Positions 38,810 to 51,899 of a stretch of DNA of 64,000 bases are shown here, piece after piece (the first letter of the stretch is position 1; each line of letters begins with the position of its first letter). This DNA comes from Welwitschia mirabilis (taxonomy: Eukaryota): NCBI GenBank assembly GCA_051453625.1, contig JBOZIK010000001.1, forward strand, positions 16,166,988 to 16,230,987, written 5' to 3'. Position numbers and translations under genes: made by a program. A model generated the notes under the pieces. That model ran no database searches. It was given only the letters and a program-made list of their open reading frames with translations, and was not told the origin of the DNA.

Positions 38810-39850
38810 CTCCTCTTCTTTTTTCTCTTCAGATTCTTCTTGAGAATCTTATTTTTCTTTTTCACCTGTCATTTGTGTTAAACTAGTAGATTCCATTGAA
38901 GTATCAACAATGTCACACCCAGTTGCAATGAGGGATTCCTTCATATGACTAGTACAAGAGTCAATCTATCTAAAGTATGAAAGAGTCTCATCAGGAGAGG
39001 CTTCCTTAAGAAAGGGTAATTTTGAATACTTCTAAGAAGGGATAAAGATGTACATGCAAGAAAATGTCAAATGCCCAATGGATGCCATGGGTTGAATGGT
39101 TTCAAGCTTAGGATGATAAGGTACATGAAAATGATAGCATAGATTAGTAATTAGCATAGAGTAGGCTAAAATTCTAGTCCTGTGATACTCCAACCGAGAG
39201 ACCATATTTTTTAATATGATGGCAAGGGCATCAATGGAATTATCAATTCCTATCAAATACATCAAATATGCCCTATAGCAAGAAGGCCTTATCACAGTGT
39301 TCTGACAAAGGTAAAAAGTTGTAATTGAAGATCAAATGAAGAAAGTGATATTTAGAAATAAGCAAGGAGGTGGAAATGGCATGTTTTCATTAATATGACT
39401 TATCCCAAATCTTCTTTGTGATTGCTGGCTTACCTTTTATGAAGTCATAAAAAGGCCAAAATTCTTTAAAATCTTCTTTAGATAGATTAATAAGATTTGA
39501 AATAAGATTTGCAGTGATCCTCAACTGCTTTCACAAAAATAAGGGTTTTAAGAGTTCTTGAATTAGGATCATAAGAAGCATTATAGTAAAACATATAGGT
39601 AATAAATGGATATGTTGAACTATAAAAATTAAGAAACTAATCAAGATCCTAATATCTTAGGAGCTAGATCACCTCCTTGACCTCTATAATCTTTGAAGTA
39701 GTAACAGATCATTCTTGATAGACCTATTTCTTATTAAACTTTTCTAAGAACTCTTCCACATCCTCCTCAGATATACCTTAGTATAAGTAAGAAGGATTTC
39801 TAGATGCAGCTTTCTTGAATTTTTTCCTTAAGCAATCTTCAGTGACTTTG
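38810..39850 (-). pseudogene. Sirevirus extra (env-like) ORF remnant
   Basis: ORF 39032-39295 ...YLMYLIG...ILAYSMLITNLCYHFHVP (LPYG.LIT-type motif) lies between the RNase H tail and the PPT region. Confidence 0.6.
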
Positions 39851-40689
39851 ACTTTTCTACAAGAGCTTAGAAGCAAGAAAATCCAAGAAAAATCACTATA
39901 TCTAGAAGCAAAGCTCTAGATCAAGAAGGAAAATCTCTAGATCTGAAAGAGAAATAAGATTAGAACATAATAAAAATGGTTTTGATGCCTATTTATTTTA
40001 TATAGAAGGTCAAATAAGGTGATTTGAAGGAAGAAATAAAGTTCACTGATGGTACTTCTGCATTATAATCTATCAAGTCCAGTTGACTGGTCAAAGTTCT
40101 GGTTGACTCATCGAGATGCGAAACTATAGTATAGTAAGAGGTCCAGGCTACTGGGCTTTTAGGATAGTCAAATAACTATATCTAGTTGACCAAATCATAG
40201 ATCCAGTCAATCACCCTATAATCAGCTAGAGGATGGTGAGTTAATCCCTAGTTCATTTCTATGATCGATAAAAATATTACAAAATTAAGGTTTCACAATA
40301 GTATCTTCCAGAAAATGTTTAGTTCTAAAAAAATTTAAACCATTATTTCGTTTTCCAATATTATAGTTCACATAATTGAATTAATTGTTACATAAATGTA
40401 CATGAGCATCGATCCTATAAACATTGTCTACTTATTTTGTTGTAAGGATAATAACATTTAATTTTTCATGTAAACTTTCACACTTCAAATTTTTAAAAAC
40501 TGGTTTTAACCTTTATCACATAATTGATTAATACTTAACAAATTATGCTTTAAACCATTTATATACAAGAAATCATTATTTTTGGTAACTTACCTTCTTT
40601 GATGCTTCTGATACCTTATATTCTTACTTTTCTATTATCTCCAAAGGTAACATCTCCTCCATCAATATTACTCAAATGTTGAAAATTTG

Positions 40690-43200
40690 ATTTTTCTCCC
40701 ATCATATGTTTTGATCATCCATTATCTAAGTACTAGCTACTTCCATTTGGTTCTTTGAGAGCTATATAAGTTAAAAGACTTTTAAGATCATTAGCTTTTA
40801 CCCACTTACTCTTATTAAAATTATATAATATAATTCTTTTTGAAACAAATTTAAATGGTAATGAATTTACTAAATGTGCGAATATTATTAAAGTTTTAAT
40901 ATTATAAAAAAAAAAACTTTAAGTGATCTAATTTTTTACAAAAGTAACAAGTAACTTTAAAAATAAACTTACTTTTCCTGTTTACCTATCTTTTCTAACC
41001 TTATGGATTTTGGGTTAAGAAGTCAATACTTGATTTATCACTAGCTGGTTTCCAAACTCCAAGCATCTATTATAATTTAGAATAACTACTAGAAAATTTA
41101 TTAACAAAAAAATATAAATCATTTACCTGTGACAAGGGATTGGAGTTGTCATATTTGAGAAATTTGTAGTTTGTTTCTATTTCCTCCTCCTTTTTGGTGA
41201 GCAACTTTACAATTTTATTTAGATCATCTATCCGTNNNNNNNNNNNNNNNNNNNNNNNNNNNNNNNNNNNNNNNNNNNNNNNNNNNNNNNNNNNNNNNNN
41301 NNNNNNNNNNNNNNNNNNNNNNNNNNNNNNNNNNNNNNNNNNNNNNNNNNNNNNNNNNNNNNNNNNNNNNNNNNNNNNNNNNNNNNNNNNNNNNNNNNNN
41401 NNNNNNNNNNNNNNNNNNNNNNNNNNNNNNNNNNNNNNNNNNNNNNNNNNNNNNNNNNNNNNNNNNNNNNNNNNNNNNNNNNNNNNNNNNNNNNNNNNNN
41501 NNNNNNNNNNNNNNNNNNNNNNNNNNNNNNNNNNNNNNNNNNNNNNNNNNNNNNNNNNNNNNNNNNNNNNNNNNNNNNNNNNNNNNNNNNNNNNNNNNNN
41601 NNNNNNNNNNNNNNNNNNNNNNNNNNNNNNNNNNNNNNNNNNNNNNNNNNNNNNNNNNNNNNNNNNNNNNNNNNNNNNNNNNNNNNNNNNNNNNNNNNNN
41701 NNNNNNNNNNNNNNNNNNNNNNNNNNNNNNNNNNNNNNNNNNNNNNNNNNNNNNNNNNNNNNNNNNNNNNNNNNNNNNNNNNNNNNNNNNNNNNNNNNNN
41801 NNNNNNNNNNNNNNNNNNNNNNNNNNNNNNNNNNNNNNNNNNNNNNNNNNNNNNNNNNNNNNNNNNNNNNNNNNNNNNNNNNNNNNNNNNNNNNNNNNNN
41901 NNNNNNNNNNNNNNNNNNNNNNNNNNNNNNNNNNNNNNNNNNNNNNNNNNNNNNNNNNNNNNNNNNNNNNNNNNNNNNNNNNNNNNNNNNNNTTTTTGGT
42001 GAGCAACTTTACAATTTTATTTAGATCATCTATCCGTTTTACAAACTTTTCACATTCCTCATATAGTTCATGATACATCTCATTATGTTCTTTATCAATT
42101 ATGTCCAAATCATTAGGCTCTAATATGCTAGTTAAGTTCTAAAGTAGTGGCACAATTTTCATGAAGGATAGTCTTTTGTCTTTATCTCATTCTTGATCTG
42201 AATTGCTATCATCATTCTCATTCTCATTTTTCCATGTTGTAACAAAAGAAGAATTATTTGATTTTTTGTTATCTCTTTTAGTGTTTGGACACTTATTTGC
42301 TATATGCCCAAATCCTTTACAAGAATAGCATTAAATTTCTTTACCTTTATCTTGCTCTTTCTTGTATTTTATATGTCTTCTTTTCATGCTTCTACTTAGC
42401 TTACCTTTCTTTTTCTTTTTATGTAAAAATTTATTGAACCTTCTGGCTAGGAGAGCAACTTCATCATCATCTAATTCTTCATCTGACTTCTCAGATTTAT
42501 ATCCTTCTTGTACACACTTCAAAGTAATACCTTTCTTCTTATCTTTAATAAATTTTAGTTCATAAGTATATAAATTACCTTGAAGCTCTTATAGTGCCGT
42601 TTTGTTGATGTTCTTACTTTTCTCGATTACTATAACCTTAGGTTCAAATATTTTTGGAAGAGATCTTACTACTTTTTTGACCACTTTTTCTTCATCCAAT
42701 CATTCTCCTAGACTTAACATGGAGTTGACGATGTCTATAAGTCTAGTAAAGAACTCTTGTAATGTCTCCTTCTTATCCATGTAAATATCTTCAAACCTGG
42801 AGATGAGCATTTGTAGCTTAGCGTGTTTTACGATGAAAGTTCCTTTATGAGATACCTCAAGAATATCCCAAGGTTTCTTAGCATGATTATAATTTATAAT
42901 ATATTTAAACTCATCTACATAAAATACAAAAAATATTGCATTAAGAGCATGGACGTTTGTGATGGCTTTAGTTTTATCAGTAGTAGTCCATTAATCTCGT
43001 GATTTGGTAACTAGACTGGTATTACTATTTGCATCTATTTTTGTCAACATAGGCATAGTATAGCCTTTATAGATAACCTCTTCAATATCTGCATTTATAG
43101 ATCTAAGGAATATTCTCATTCTGGCTTTCTAATATGCATGATTTGATCCATTAAACAAAGGTGAATAACCAGTGGAAAAAATGTTAGAGTAATTACTCAT
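40690..43200 (-). pseudogene. Decayed copia gag-protease
   Basis: ATG at 43200: MSNYSNIFSTGYSPLFNGSNHAY*KARMRIFLRS; EVALLARRFNKFL (42331-42522); zinc knuckle CYSCKGFGHIANKC (~42290-42330); protease *YLDNG*SKHMMG (~40700-40735). Confidence 0.9.
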
Positions 43201-43266
43201 TTTTGGGTTCTAGAGCCTAGATCAATTAAAATCTAAAGATGGACTTAACTTAGATTTGATACCAAT

Positions 43267-44671
43267 TGTAGGAATTGATAACCCTAGAGGGGGAGTGAAT
43301 AGGTTCTAAAAATTATTCAAATAAACTTACAATAAAAACTTGCTTTAAAAAGATCACTAATAAACTTGTGCATAAAAAGAAAAACTGAAAGCATTTAGAA
43401 TAACAAAACTAACAAAAAACATAAAATACTGATTAGATGCATGCAAGTTTTATAAAAATTTGGGAAACCCTCTACTTCACTATTGATAATTAGCTTATTA
43501 CAAAGCCTGATCCTGAGCTTTGTTAACTCTTCTAGGTATTGTAGATTCACCTGTAACCTTTACACACAGACTTTGATAGGCTAAGTCTTAACCTTTCTAA
43601 TGGACTTTTGTAGGCTAGGTCTCAACCTTTCAATGAACTTTTTTAGGCTAAGTTTCAATCTTTCGTAATGTGTAATAGTAATGATAGAATGTCCAGGTGC
43701 ACTAATATCACTCATTCTTTAGTAAAATAATTGTAATAGAGCTCTTCTCCTGTAAATGATACAATAATGAAGTATAAGATTTAACCCTGAATGTATAGAT
43801 ATAATAAATGATGGATTATTATTAGTCAAGAATACAATGCCAAGATGCTATAGTGAAGATTAAAAGTTTCATTCCTTTAGTAAAGAGTCAAAAAAAAATC
43901 TTTCTAGTGATCTCTCTTTCTTAGCTATTTATAAAGGAAGGATTTTAGGGTTTATTATAATAGAAAAGCACTTCCAATGGCTATAAACAGCTATAAAATG
44001 GATACATAATGGATACATAATATATATAAAATTTTATTTCTTTTTTGGTCAATCAACTCCTCAAATATCTAGTCAACCCCTCTTGGTGCCATAACTTAAA
44101 TAGGTTACCTAAGGAAACTTTTTGGTTGTCCTAGTTTCTTATAGCTCCATGTCCGATTGACCCCTTAAGGTTTGGTTGATCCTTCATCTGGTCATCAATA
44201 TATCTCTTCGATCATCCATTTATTTTGATAAAGATTCATTTTAATTTTCTGCGTTAGGTATGGTTGACCCCTCAGGTATCTAATCGAACCCTTGATGATC
44301 AGCTCACGGATATTAGGTGCATAGTGATCAAGTCTTATCAACCCTTCAAAGGTCTGCTCAACCCCTTAACAATTGATTCAGGGATATTAGTTTTCAAGTT
44401 TATAAGTCTAATCTACCCCTCAAAAGTCTAGTTCACCCCTCTAAATTTAGTTCATTCTGAAAGTATTCTCCAAATATGGTCAACCCCCTTGAAAATCTTA
44501 TTAATCCCTCAAGAGGATAAGTGAACTTAATAGGTTTCTAGTGATCAAAATGTGACATTCATAGCTTTAGCATCTAACTTGCAAGTGCTTAATATTTTTT
44601 TCACAAGATACACAAAATTTGATTCATAGAAAACATTAGTTTAACATTAATAGGCAAAACATAATCTAATA
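43267..44671 (-). repeat. Sirevirus-like 5' LTR
   Basis: Begins TGTAGG two nt after the PBS; homologous to 36150-37544. Confidence 0.9.
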
Positions 44672-45905
44672 ATATTGATCTTAGTGATGACCTAATAATA
44701 ATTTTCAAGCCATAAGGTAATTAAAAAAATGAATGTCAAAACACTCATAATTGCACTCACTATAATCTCTTTAGAGTCTGATAAAGATATCTTCTTTGAA
44801 GCTAGTATGGATAATTTCCAAACAAAGGTAGACTATATAAATCTAAACTTAGCCTTTATGTTTTGATAAAAATTTGTAGATACCTTTGGCTAGAGGATTA
44901 TTTGGAAGCTAATAAAGATATTAGCATAAACATAATATTCAACTATTTATACCCTTTTATTTGTTTATATTTTTCCTCTATTTGTTTTTGTTTTTATTTC
45001 ATGTTGTTATGTTTTTTTAATGTAGATGCCCCTAATTTATTGAGCCTCTTTTTGCTACGATTTTGCTTTTCTATAAGTGATGTTTTCTATGATGCAACAT
45101 TTTTTCCTCGCTAAATGGAGCAAACATTTTACCTAATATAACAACAAGTTCAATAGCCATCATTACTAAATCTTATTTTATATATGATTAGAAATGAGGC
45201 AATGCTTGCTTGCGAACTCTAAATTGTACTTCAGTTGGAATTGGGAATAAAAATAATCTTATAGGTAAGGAAAAGTCAAATTGCTAATGTTTATAAAATT
45301 GAAAGCATTGTATTTTCATCAAATTTTTTCTTCTTGTAAATATCTCTTTACAAGACTATCTTATTATTCATGATAATGAAAATAATCATATTGGCTGGAC
45401 CCACTAAGACTATCGAAGAATTCCCAAGTGTTATAATATCTTTAAATGTTGATTTTTATCTTTTACAGTTTATTTCTATTTGTATCTTTGAATTGAAGTG
45501 AATCAAAGAAGTGAGAGAAATAAGGTTTTTGATTGCATGAAAACTTGTTTACATTACAAAGACCATTCTATGATTCTCTTTGTTCTTTTCGTCTAACTAA
45601 TAAGCAAGTACTAAAATACAACACTGTTAATTGGCTTTTAAAATAACTAGAGAAAGTGATTCTATGTGGTAATTTTTTACCCCATGTTGTACATTTTTGA
45701 GGTGTTTATTCAGTAAAAAACCTCAAAAGGCTTTTGAGTTGTTTTTATTAAAATGTCCTAGAAATGCCTTAAAAGCATGTAACCTTTTAAGGTAATGCTT
45801 TTTAAGGCATTTCGTGAAGAAACATCTTAAAAGATTTTAAGGCATTTTTTGCATCCTTTTAGGACATTTTAGAAACTCTTAAAAGCCTATATTTCTTGTC
45901 TTATG

Positions 45906-46965
45906 TATGGAGGATATTTTTATACTAAATAGACTTCTCATAAAATATTTTGATATATACTTTAACTCTTTTCAAAGATAGCTATGAATACTATAAATCT
46001 TGAAATGAATGTTAATGGTTAGGTAGCATTAGAAAGAGATCTATGCTATTTGTTTCTTTTAATCTTGGAATTGAACCATTTTATGTTTATAATATATATG
46101 TAAATGGTTATTAGCTTCATATATTAATATTTATAATCATTAATTTGTATTACATAATTCATGAAGTGATGTGAAGCTATTTTAAGTAGAATAGATGTGA
46201 TTATGGCTATTGTTAAACTAAAACATATTCTATCCCACTTTGATCATCCTAAATTTATCACTATTAATAAATAAACTTACTTTTGTAATAAAATAATAAA
46301 TAATATTATGAAAAAATATAAATTAATTTACAAATTTATGAATTCTTGTCACTAAGAAATTAATGATTAAGTAGAAGTCACAAATCATGACTTAAATATA
46401 ATTTTATAGATAATAGTAAAATATAATAAAAACACTAATCACTTTATCTCATGCTATCTAGGACTACTACATTATCAATAAATCTTCATTAGAATATGAG
46501 TATATTTTTTCTTTTTTTTCAATTTTTTCATTTTTATTTTTTAATTTATATTAGGTGGTTGAAAAGAAAAAACTTACTATGTTCCTATAGAAATTGAATA
46601 TAAATCTTCTTGAATCATAGATTACCTTAATTAAAGTTTATTAAAGCTTTAGAATTTGAGAATCTTAACTTAAGTGAATCAAAAGGAATTGGAAATGAAG
46701 CATATCATAATCATTAAATCCAAAAATAAATAACAAAATCTTATAATGATCAATATATCCTTAGGAAAACTTTCTAACTGAATGATTTGATTTTACTATA
46801 GGATTTAAAACTACATAAGTAAATTTTCTAGAAATGTTATAACTTAATGAGATTATCTATTCTAAGTTTTAGATGCATTTCCTTATGATTATATTCAGAT
46901 TCTACTCCTTAAGAATGACTTTTCATATAAAGTTATTAACTAAAGACTTAACCATTTTTATAACA
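45906..46965 (+). pseudogene. Decayed Athila-type integrase, copy B (right part)
   Basis: YGGYF at the junction; YNDQYILRK (~46742); colinear with 7315-8340. Confidence 0.75.
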
Positions 46966-47349
46966 TTATTTCCATGTAGGGAATAACCTTGATCCTATTT
47001 CCTTAACTTAAAACTATAGATGAATTAAAAAAATTAAAAATAACAAAGATTTATTTTTAAAGAAAACCTAGAATTATTATAAGTACTTAATTTAAATAGT
47101 TTAATCTATAAGATGTCAATATTTTAAGCATATCCATCTCCAACTACTTGCTTAATTAGGAATTAATTAGAATAAGAAAACTACTAAGATAGAATTTCAA
47201 TGTTTCATCACTTAATGTTATGCATGTCAAATGTTCTATTGTATATTTTGATATAATTATTAATGTCTGATAAAATTTTAAAATTTCAAAATTAATAAAA
47301 TACATTATTGTTGGACTTTCATATTATAAAAAACATTGTTATAAGAAGG

Positions 47350-47824
47350 AAATATGTTAATATGTGTTATTATAAATTACCTATTAAAATTAGTCCTCTA
47401 GAATGAAAGTTCTCTAATTATACCAATTTTGAAAAATCAAAAACTATAAAAATTGACACATTAATATAAGAGATGACTTAATAATATATGAAGATGTAAA
47501 TTATTAACATCTATATGAATACAAATTAAGTTATATAAGAATAATCACTTTATGTTCTACTCATGTATTAGCTTGATTATGATATTTCTAATTCTAAAGA
47601 CTTAATAATTTAGGATCTAATGATTGATTATTTGTAACCTAGATGGATAGTTTTTTGAGATACATTTATCTATTATAAAAGTGTAAAAAAGTTAAATTCA
47701 AGTTCGGAGGAATTCTTTTCCTCTAAGAAAATCATTTGCTCCTATTGATTATGAACCTATGAAGGTGATGTAATCAAATAATGGTGATTCTTAGCATGGA
47801 ACATATATCAAGAATCATAATTAA
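47350..47824 (+). pseudogene. Unidentified ORF remnant 'a', copy B
   Basis: Homologous to 8725-9209 with the same stop position after YIKNH. Confidence 0.45.
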
Positions 47825-47989
47825 ATCTTATCACAAATAGTTTAAAGTATTAATTAAAATGAATTTGTAAAACTTAAAATATTCTAATTTCATTAATATA
47901 ATTAAATAATAACACTTTTTTCTTTATTTTATAATGTTATACAATAAAACCCTAAATTAAGAACCATATATGATTAGTAGCATCATAAG

Positions 47990-49400
47990 TAACTAATTTC
48001 AATGATTTAGAGTGCCCATATAAAACTAAGTATGAAAAATCATTAGTTCCTCTTATCAATCTTGGAGTTATATGGTTGGTTAGTAGCTTTTGAATTAAAT
48101 GAAATAATTAAGCCAAGATTTTACCTAATTAAAATTGTAATATTTATTTAATTTTAACTTAGATTTCCTTCTATCTTTTAATTTCAAAATGTTCTTCTAT
48201 AAAATAAGATCCCAAATATAGAATTAAGGTTAAATACTATTAATCAAAAGATAATTGCATCCTATACTTGATTTAGATCATAAAAAGTCTTAATCATTCA
48301 TTCTTAAGAATTGATTAATAATTATGATTTATCCTCTCATTTATAAAAATGGAACTCTAAACTTGTTTTTTAAATAAATATATTTATATGCTTGCTCTTT
48401 TCTTATGAATGATTTTGTTATTTTTTCATGTTTAAAACACATTGATTCCATCCTTTGTCTTAATAGTTCCATTACCTATTTTCAAAAATTTACTATAGTC
48501 TCTAAGCATGATGTCTAAGAGATCTAAAGATTTCATTATGAATGAAACATTCCATGATTTGCTTATGATATTTCTCTTTTAAATACTTTGAGAGAATAGA
48601 ATAAGAAGAATGAGAAATGGGTTAAAACATACTTCATAACTAAAGTAAAGATGTTTTAACAAAATATGTTATTATTTCATTAAAAATAGAATTGTAAAGT
48701 ATTCAAAGAAGAGGAGAAAAAACATTCAAATACCACTATCAAGATAAGAGGTAACTCCATGCTTATCACTCCATTAATTTTAATAGCACCTTTTCTTTCA
48801 ATCTAAACTTTTATCCATTTAATATAGATAGAAATTTATCTTCACTATGTGACAAGTTAGATGAAAAATATGCTTATAATATAGAAAAAGCTTTACCATG
48901 TAAATTTATATTCAAGAATCAACTAGATCTATTTATATTTATCATGTTCATTATTTGAAATGGAAAAAATGTTTAAAATGTAAATTTCTCTTTAATGTAA
49001 TAATGAAAGCAAGTTAAAACACATGAAATCCTTCACTTTATACTTAATTAGTAGTATTATAATATTTGTTGATGATAGTAAGCCCTTAAAGATAGAAGGA
49101 TCATATGAAAAATCCATATATTTCTTTATTAATAGATAAATTAGAATGACAAAGAAACATGATAAACATAGTTAGGCTTCAAAGAGGCAAGTTTGATCTT
49201 AAAAATATCAGGACATAGATAAATAAAAATAAGAATAAGAACATCAATGCCAAGAAGGCACAAGATTTATATGAAAAAGCTTTAGAAAAAAATGAAAGGA
49301 AATAAGGAATACATTAACAAACTTCAAAGAAGCTTACTCACTAGATAAGATTCCTTCAAAAGGAGAACCTATTGTAGAAGATTCTCTTCTTCTTAACTAT
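47990..49400 (+). pseudogene. Unidentified ORF remnant 'b', copy B
   Basis: Homologous to 9386-10950. Confidence 0.45.
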
Positions 49401-51899
49401 ACTTTTGTTCTTTGTTTTGTCTTTTCATTCATTAATAAATAAATTTGCATCTTATTTTTCACAAATAAATTTTTAATATGAATTTTTATAACTTATTATT
49501 TTTTTCTAAACCTAAAATGTTATAACATCTATGGACCTTAAGGATCTATGAAATAATTTAAATGTACATGTTCAAAGATTTAACAACTATTGTTAAAACA
49601 ATTCAAAACAAATCAATTATATTGGTAACTATAATCTATTACTTATGCCTTATGTGTATGAGTGTAGGAAATTGAAAAAGAAAATGTAGTGTTCATATTT
49701 GATAATATTTTTATTACATAATTAATAGATCTATTCTTCTTAAGGAATCTTATGTCATCTCCTTATTTAACTATCAAATAATGAGATCACATTCTTATTC
49801 TAGTAATTGTACATCAAAGTGTTGAGGAATAGTAATTGCTAAATACTTTAACTTTATATTTAAATGTTCTTTGAAGTTTTTTAAGTAGAAACATTTATTT
49901 TATGTTAATGTTGTTTCAAAAATTATATAACATATTTTCTTTTATAACTTTGTCACCCTATTTAATTACAAAAAAGTTATCTTAAATATGTCATTAATTG
50001 ATCAATAAAATTCAATTGTTTTTTTTACCACATCACCTTTTTTTAAGTATTTATCTATTATAGCTGCAAAACGTATATAATAATATGCTCTAAAATGATA
50101 GATAACATCTACTTCTAAAGTAGTTAACTTTGATTAGTATATTAGAATATCATATTATGTCTATCTTTTTGTTTTTAATTCCTTTAACAAAAATATCTTC
50201 TAAATTTATTCTATTTTTTTCTATTATCCATTTACTAAATAAAGACATCAAATAATAAATCCATAAAGAAAAATTAACTGAATAATAACATGAAAGAGTA
50301 ACTTTTAAATTTCCAAAGCTAAAATAGATTCTTTCTTTATTTTTTTCCCCTTGTAAGAAAAATAAAAAAATTTCATTCTGCTTATAGTTCTTTAAGAAAT
50401 GCATTTGATTCATTTGAGATTATATGAGGATGTTAGGTGAAGGAATTTATATAGAAAATAATATCCCACTACTCATTTGCTATAATAAAACTATGATCAT
50501 TATTTTATATGTCACATGTCATGATTTTGATTTTCTATGCATTAACTTTCATTTCTAAAAGTTAGAAAAATTTCATTAAGATAGTAATGATTTATTACTA
50601 TCTATCTCTTGAGTTTAAAATTAAACCATTAATATTATCATATAATATGTGTTTTCTGGAACTATGTCCAAACATAACTACATATTTAATTGCATTAAAT
50701 ATGAAAAGGTAAAAACTTGCAAATGAAATGGAAATCTAAAAATTAAAAATTTTCCTTTACTTTACAATTTTATGCATTAATCTTATTTTTTTAACATGTA
50801 AAATATATATGTATTCAAATAAAATGTTTTCAAGCTTATTTAATATTCATTTTTAATTATGAATATGTCACTTCAAGAACTTTATAAATATCAAATAGAC
50901 TTTATAATTTTTTTCCCATATAGCATTTACTAAGGTATTAGAAATTTCTAGCTAGTGGATGTGCTTATACTTTAATGTTTACATACTTATCTGCTTAAAC
51001 TTTAGTTAATAGTATATTAAAGGATATAAATACCTTATTCATTATGTAATCATCATTAATCAAGTTTCATCCTTATGATTTATGAAATGTTACTAAATGT
51101 ACTAATACATGGAATCTTAATTATAAGTCCCTTTGGGTGGCCAAAATTTTATAAAAGTTGAAATAGCTTAATAAAACTAATAACACATTGTAGATCACTA
51201 GTGTCACAGGTGATTTTAGAAGAAATGGATTCTAGAAGAAATGGATTCTAGAAGAAATGAATTATTAAATAGTGAATACATTGCTAAATTAACCTTATAT
51301 CATGGAATAAAATTAATTTAATAGACTAAGTAGTAAATGAGATCTTAACAAAACTAACAATTTCACATTTAAATCCTATGGCCTAAGGAAGTTTATCAAT
51401 CATCAATTATTATTAACATGTGTATACCACATACATACAATGTAATTCATAATTCTTCTCAAAGCTATAATGAAAAAGCTAACCTAAAGGTTTTAGTTGT
51501 TTTTCAATTATTAGATCCTTCATTAGTTAGATTTCCTTTTTAGTATCTATAATCCATTATCTTATCTAAGATCTATCTTTCTAGAGATAGACTTTCTATG
51601 ATTATAATGATCATTCTTATCATCATGAGGTTCTAAGTCCATTTCTACCCTCCATAAGTATGAGAAACTTATTGATTCATTTGTCACACATCGTTTTTAA
51701 TTCAAATCTTTACATTTATACTAAACTAATTGTTTTTGTAGTATTAGCATCACTGGTAAATGCATTTTAATCTGTGACTAGATTTATGTTTTATTCCATG
51801 AGTGATATAATTATGATTATTGATTTGTGATAAGATATTTTTAATGTTCTTCCATTTAGGTCTATTTTTTAATGTATTGTTATAGTTTAGCTATTTAAT

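Larger units (their letters stand above)
36150..44671 (-). mobile_element. Sirevirus-like Ty1/copia element, pol largely deleted, with extra ORF
   Basis: Paired ~1.4-kb LTRs 36150-37544 and 43267-44671. PBS TTTGATACCA at 43255-43264. PPT-like TCTTCCCC at 37546, with similar motifs at ~37988 and ~38713. Flanks CTATT/ATATT give a 4/5 TSD match. GGTCGACCC-type palindromic repeats occur in the LTRs. Confidence 0.85.
16219..45905. mobile_element. Decayed CACTA (En/Spm) DNA transposon carrying nested LTR elements; interrupts copy B integrase
   Basis: Left end TACTATTAGAAATATAGGCTTT and right end AAAGCCTATATTTCTTGTCTTATG are inverted repeats. Candidate 3-bp TSD TAT (16216-16218 / 45906-45908). Subterminal AAGGCATTT/AAATGCCTT repeats lie at 16290-16520 and 45720-45890. 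The integrase HDE..GGYF motif rejoins across the insertion. A canonical CACTACAAGAAA occurs at 16270. Confidence 0.75.
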
